DNA of 41,315 nucleotides from Vezdaea acicularis. Lineage: Eukaryota. This document shows positions 37,258 to 41,315 of the stretch, piece after piece (position 1 is the first letter of the stretch; the number at the start of each line of letters is the position of its first letter). The notes under the pieces were generated by a model, which saw only the letters and a program-made list of their open reading frames with translations, was not told where the DNA came from and ran no database searches. A program made the translations under genes and the position numbers. The stretch spans positions 1 through 41,315 of the forward strand of contig JAPEUI010000130.1 in assembly GCA_026025075.1 (NCBI GenBank), in the 5' to 3' direction.

Positions 37258-39291
37258 TCAGCGCTGACGCCGAGGTGTAGATGGGTATACGGGACAATCA
37301 AAACTCATGTGTCCAAAGCTTTTGCCTAAATGTTTCAGAAAGCACAGAAGTTTAGTTCTCTTTGCCCTGCAGTAATAGTTGTACAGTAGGAAAGCAGCAT
37401 CACAGAGCTATCTACTGTTCTTGGGTACTTACATCGGTAACACTGTGTCTTTGAACAGCTAGTGGAGGAGTGCCCGGTTTGTTTACACGTAGTGCAGGTG
37501 GGCACCGAGCGGTACTGGAAAGAACTGGCAGCTTGCGGTGAACGAATGGGTGACACGACGCCGAAGTGTGGTGCAGCAGGGGAAGATGACCATGCAGCGG
37601 CCCGTGAAAGAGGAGGAGAGGTTGCCTCAATCGGACGTCGTGGAGGCGTGAACGGCGGCGATTGTGGATAAGCGGATGATGGGGCCGGCGCCATTCTTGT
37701 TTGCGAGAATCCAGGGCGAGCCGCGTAGTTTTGAGGGCTGCTGTTGATCGTCAGCAAGTCGAACCGGGTTGAGATCACGATATCTTCCTCCGGGACCCGT
37801 CTCTGTGTGCTGGCGGCATGCTGTCCCAAAGCCCATTCAAGGTGGCCAGCAGCAAGTCTGAACGCCCGAGCGAGCTCGTTCCTGTCGATATTGTAAACGT
37901 CTCTGCCCTGGTACGCAAAAGCGCCGTTAAGGATGTTCACCAGGTTCAGGAAATTGAGTCGCAAGTTGTAGTGGAACCCAGACTGGTGCGTGAATGGTCC
38001 AAGAGAGAGAAGGCTTTTGTTCAAATCGGCATAGGTGAACAGACCTTTCCTTCCTTTCTCGACTTGAAAGGATGCTCCAGCTGCACGGAGAGAGCGCAGG
38101 AACTCATTGCATGTCTTCTCTACGTTTCGTCTAAGATCTCGCACATCGCGCTCCTCTCGCTGGCGCAGTTGCGCAAACCCTTTGTCCTGCAGACGGTCGC
38201 CTCCGCGGTCCTCAAAGTTGATGATTTTGACGAGGAGCAGCAGACAGTTGGAGAAGAGGACGTTGTAACGCTTCTCCAGAACGAAGTCGTAGAGCTCGTC
38301 GTTGGTCATATCATCATATGCACCAGATTTTAAGGAGTCCAACATCCTCGTTATCATTTCCATGTGAAACTGGAATCGCTCACGTTGAAAGTCGTGCTTA
38401 GTCCAGCTTGGCTGGTCCTGCTTATCTTAAGGACATGAGCAATATTAGCAGTTATTCTCCACAGCCTGTAAGAAGAGAAAAAAGAATTGGGAACAGTCTC
38501 CTACCTTTGATATCTTTCTGGACTATGGCAGCACAGTTTTCACGCACATCGGTCATCCAGGAGCTCTCTCTCCAGGTGCTATTGGCTCGATGGAATGCTT
38601 GCGTTGCCTCGATGGTGAAGAGGCTCCGCAATGCGCTTCTGTCCTCAAGGTAGCTGAGGGCATAGCTCGGATGGAAGCCGTTCACACAGGTGTAGCGTTG
38701 GCCTTGGACAGTGACTTGATAATCGCGGGTACGTCCAATTCCGATGCACTGGAAGTCCTTGTACTTGTTAGGATGCGGGCTACGGTAACAACAGAAAACC
38801 ACATCTGGCTGCTTCTGTTGGATCATATGAAGGAATATGGCATATGCTTCGTCGAGTTCTTCCTCATATTTGTCCAGGCTTTTGCTCACAGGGATCTTGT
38901 GAAAGGGGAACGCGTCGAAGCAGCTTATCTTCTCCAGGCCACACATAACAACTGCCTTGCATACTTCGTCAACAGCGTCCAAAGTATCGCAGTCCTTCAC
39001 TGTTTGGTGGTGATCGTAGAAATAGCGTTGGTGCTCTGCTGGCTGCTGAAGCACAATCACGACACCGCCTTTCGTCTCCGGCATGGCGAGCCATTTTGCA
39101 AACTTGACCTCATTGTCAGATATATCACCTCGATAATTTTGAAGACGGCGGCCATAACTCTCAATTGCTCGAGCATGGCCTCCAGGACCAACGAAGGGAT
39201 CCGGAGTTGTAAGCCCAATACCGAAAAAGGGTTCGAGCCGATGGTCAATTGGAACCCCCAGACACAAATCCGGCGATTGAACATCCACCAT
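37258..39291 (-). CDS. Hypothetical protein: uracil-DNA-glycosylase-like domain + helical domain + Pro/Ser linker + two CCHC zinc knuckles (3 exons)
   Basis: Intron ~38428-38504 joins the 279-aa and 342-aa ORFs in frame (DIK|DKQDQPSW...FHMEM). Intron ~37326-37432 completes the second knuckle. Knuckles are CTTCKQTGHSSTSC and CYRCKSFGHMSFDC (CX2CX4HX4C). UDG-like motifs are VIVLQQP, CFDAFPF, QPDVVF and NGFHPSY. Confidence 0.8.
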
Positions 39292-39580
39292 AATCCCTAT
39301 GTAGATACCCGTGAACGACTGGAAATGGGATTCGGACGAGTCTATGTATCTACCTACGGGCCCATGTGAAGGTGGCTGCCTAAAGGCGGTGAGGAACGGC
39401 AGTACATCGCGGGGTATGAGCTATGTCTGTTCCGCCAAGGCGTGGCGTCCCATTTTCGCGATTCTTCAGCACCACGACCAAAGATGCGATTGGAAATCCA
39501 AAACTTATAGAGGCATCTCAAGGCAGAATAGGATGTCTTCTGCTATTGATCATTTTGTTTGAAGCGGAAGAGTGGACGGT

Positions 39581-39609
39581 GGAAACTCGGGAAACTCGGG
39601 AAACTCGGA
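39581..39609 (+). repeat. Tandem 9-mer (GGAAACTCG)x3
   Basis: GGAAACTCG GGAAACTCG GGAAACTCG G directly visible. Confidence 0.9.
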
Positions 39610-39644
39610 CGCCACTTCTTGGCGGAACAGATATAACTCAAACC

Positions 39645-39810
39645 CCGTGTACCTCTTCTTTCGTAGGTACCTTTGGGGTGAAGGCACCTTTTGGGGGGTT
39701 AGGTACCTACGGAAAGGCAGGTACCTGTACCCCAAAAGGTATCTTTTAGGGTGTAAGTACCTATGAAAGAGAAGGTACCTATCGAACCGTAGGTACCTAC
39801 ACCCCTAACA
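39645..39810. repeat. Foldback array built from repeated (A)GGTACC(T)-type palindromes
   Basis: About nine exact or degenerate AGGTACCT motifs. Nested inverted arms 39649-39670/39757-39778 and ACCTTTTGGGG (39686-39696)/CCCCAAAAGGT (39730-39740). Confidence 0.8.
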
Positions 39811-40287
39811 ATAGAAACGCGAGATTAAGTTACGGTATATATGCTCGGTATAGCCCTTTGCATAGACATAAGGGCCATTTGCTTAATATGTTCCTAGAAA
39901 CCTGTGGAATTGCTAGATGATTCTCTGATGCCCTTCCCAAAAAGTCCCTCTTATTTGTGATGCGAGAGTTCGAGGGGCCAATGTGTGCGAGACGGCCACA
40001 TGTGCGTGCAAACTAGAATCACGTGTTTATATTGTGTGCTCAGAACTCACATAAGAGATTTGTGAGCCAGAAATACAACTCGGCCAATATCGCCGTTTCA
40101 ATGGGCAATTTCAGCCACACGGGGGCTAATAGATTAGCTTATACCAATGCTAGAACAATTTTAGTTAGCGGCATCTATTCCCCGCATCGTTTTGCCTTTG
40201 CAAACCAGAGGATAATCAAATCTAAAGGTTATCTCTTGGACAGAACAACCCAAATTCATCTCCTCTTAGTTCACCATAAATTCAGCT

Positions 40288-40800
40288 ATGACAAAACAAA
40301 CACCGCAGCAAGCAAAATGGTCAATGTTTCCTATAATGCACGATGATGTATCCTGTTTGCTTGAAGTCGAAGACCTTTATTTCACTTTTCACGATCTCGA
40401 AGAGGATATTGATAGCATTCAAACTTATGACACTAATATCATGGGCCGATTCAAATGCCGCAACCGCAGATGCCGGTTGAATGGATGGCTGAGCAAGCGA
40501 ATCGCCATTACCATTCGAATGTATTCCGGAAAACAATACAATGCAAAGGTGTATCATCAACGCTATAAGGCGTGCAATTCACTGAGCAAGCCAATTTTGG
40601 ACAATTCTTACGCAGAAAAGATTGCGTATTGTCTCGAAAAATGGTGTGGAGTTAAGCTGGAACCTCCAGAATTCTCGGGCCAAAGCAAAGGTCCACACAA
40701 AACAAAATTTTGTAAAGGTTGTAAGGCTTGACATTGCCGTGAGAGTCAGATCAATGATCTAGTTGACGAGTTTGCAAACTTCTCAGTAGTAGGAAGATGA
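40288..40800 (+). pseudogene. zf-3CxxC (RTP-like) zinc-binding domain gene, probably degenerate
   Basis: WSMFPIMHDDV...DTNIMGRFKC..C..NGW.SKRIAITIRMY...YNAKVYHQR...YAEKIAY.L.KWCG...GPH...CKGCKA*HC. The TGA at 40729-40731 falls immediately before the final HC, and the frame then continues to TGA at 40798-40800. Confidence 0.8.
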
Positions 40801-41038
40801 TGTATCACCCTGCCAATATCAAGATTACTTTTGTTATAGTGGTATTGCAGGCCGGAGATATATGTTTCTTTATTTCAAGAATTGGATCAAGAATAAAATC
40901 AGATAGTGTTTGGCTATGAAATCAATTTTGAGCTCTATTCTAATATAATCCTCTGTGGGGATTAGAGTTCCAAAAAACTTCACATCGCGCTGTAAAGACC
41001 TGTCGCTGTATTTATAAGCTGGCTCTAGAAAAAACGTA

Positions 41039-41139
41039 TCTCTTTAGAGAAAATGTCTCTTCAGAGAATTATCTAAAGAGAAAATATCTCTGAAGATATT
41101 TCTCTAAAGAGAAAATGCATCTCAAGAGAAAATAGCTCT
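41039..41139. repeat. AT-rich degenerate tandem/inverted repeat array (CTCTAAAGAGAAAAT-like units)
   Basis: AGAGAAAAT recurs four times plus variants. TCTCTTTAGAGAAA and TTTCTCTAAAGAGA are reverse complements, as are TCTTCAGAGA and TCTCTGAAGA. Confidence 0.8.
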
Positions 41140-41315
41140 TGTTATGGGACACGAGGTAGGGGGCGTCTGGGCAGGAGGAAGCATCGCCCGGACATAGGGG
41201 CTAAAGGGTAGTGGCATCTGGACGCAAGGATAAGGAGCGATCATATGGCGTCTACTAATAGGGGCAGCGCTTGTACGTCATGCGACTGCCCTAGGACGGA
41301 CAGCGCCTGCCGCGA
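41140..41315 (+). mobile_element. Possible start of an LTR (truncated by window end)
   Basis: Abrupt switch from the AT-rich array to GC-richer sequence beginning TGTTATGG. Fungal LTRs commonly start TGTTA/TGTCA. No second LTR or coding region is visible. Confidence 0.3.

Noticed and set aside
37258..37500. CCHC knuckles as evidence of a retrotransposon gag
   Set aside because: The gene has spliceosomal introns, including one inside a knuckle, and no adjacent protease, RT or integrase.
37818..39369. Long plus-strand ORFs (171 aa and 259 aa) opposite the UDG-like gene
   Set aside because: Antisense shadows of a coding sequence, with no motifs of their own.
39581..41139. Repeat arrays considered as CRISPR-like
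   Set aside because: Eukaryotic context, no constant repeat with unique equal-length spacers, and no cas genes.

Overview
Eukaryotic, intron-containing DNA from a filamentous ascomycete (Pezizomycotina). The window starts with a leftover Nextera/Tn5 adapter. Bases ~2.3-32.4 kb form a compact block of conserved housekeeping genes: Rad55-like recombinase paralog, MOSC-domain protein, mitochondrial Hsp70 (SSC1), DUF2415/WD40 protein, an atypical protein kinase, mitochondrial Lon (PIM1), BRO1, mitochondrial DnaJ (MDJ1), SAP30, and a C2H2 + fungal-specific-domain transcription factor. Long GC-rich non-coding stretches flank the block. Three cooperating mitochondrial protein quality-control genes lie within ~21 kb. 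From ~35.9 kb to the end is an accessory, repeat-rich region. It holds a stop-interrupted pseudogene consistent with C-to-T (RIP-like) decay, and an intact three-exon gene that appears to fuse a uracil-DNA-glycosylase-like domain to two CCHC zinc knuckles. It also holds a divergently oriented, degenerate zf-3CxxC (RTP-like) gene, two foldback/palindromic repeat arrays and a possible LTR start. The UDG-like/zinc-knuckle gene and its neighbourhood are the best candidates for something undescribed. All calls come from motif recognition and manual splicing; no searches were run.
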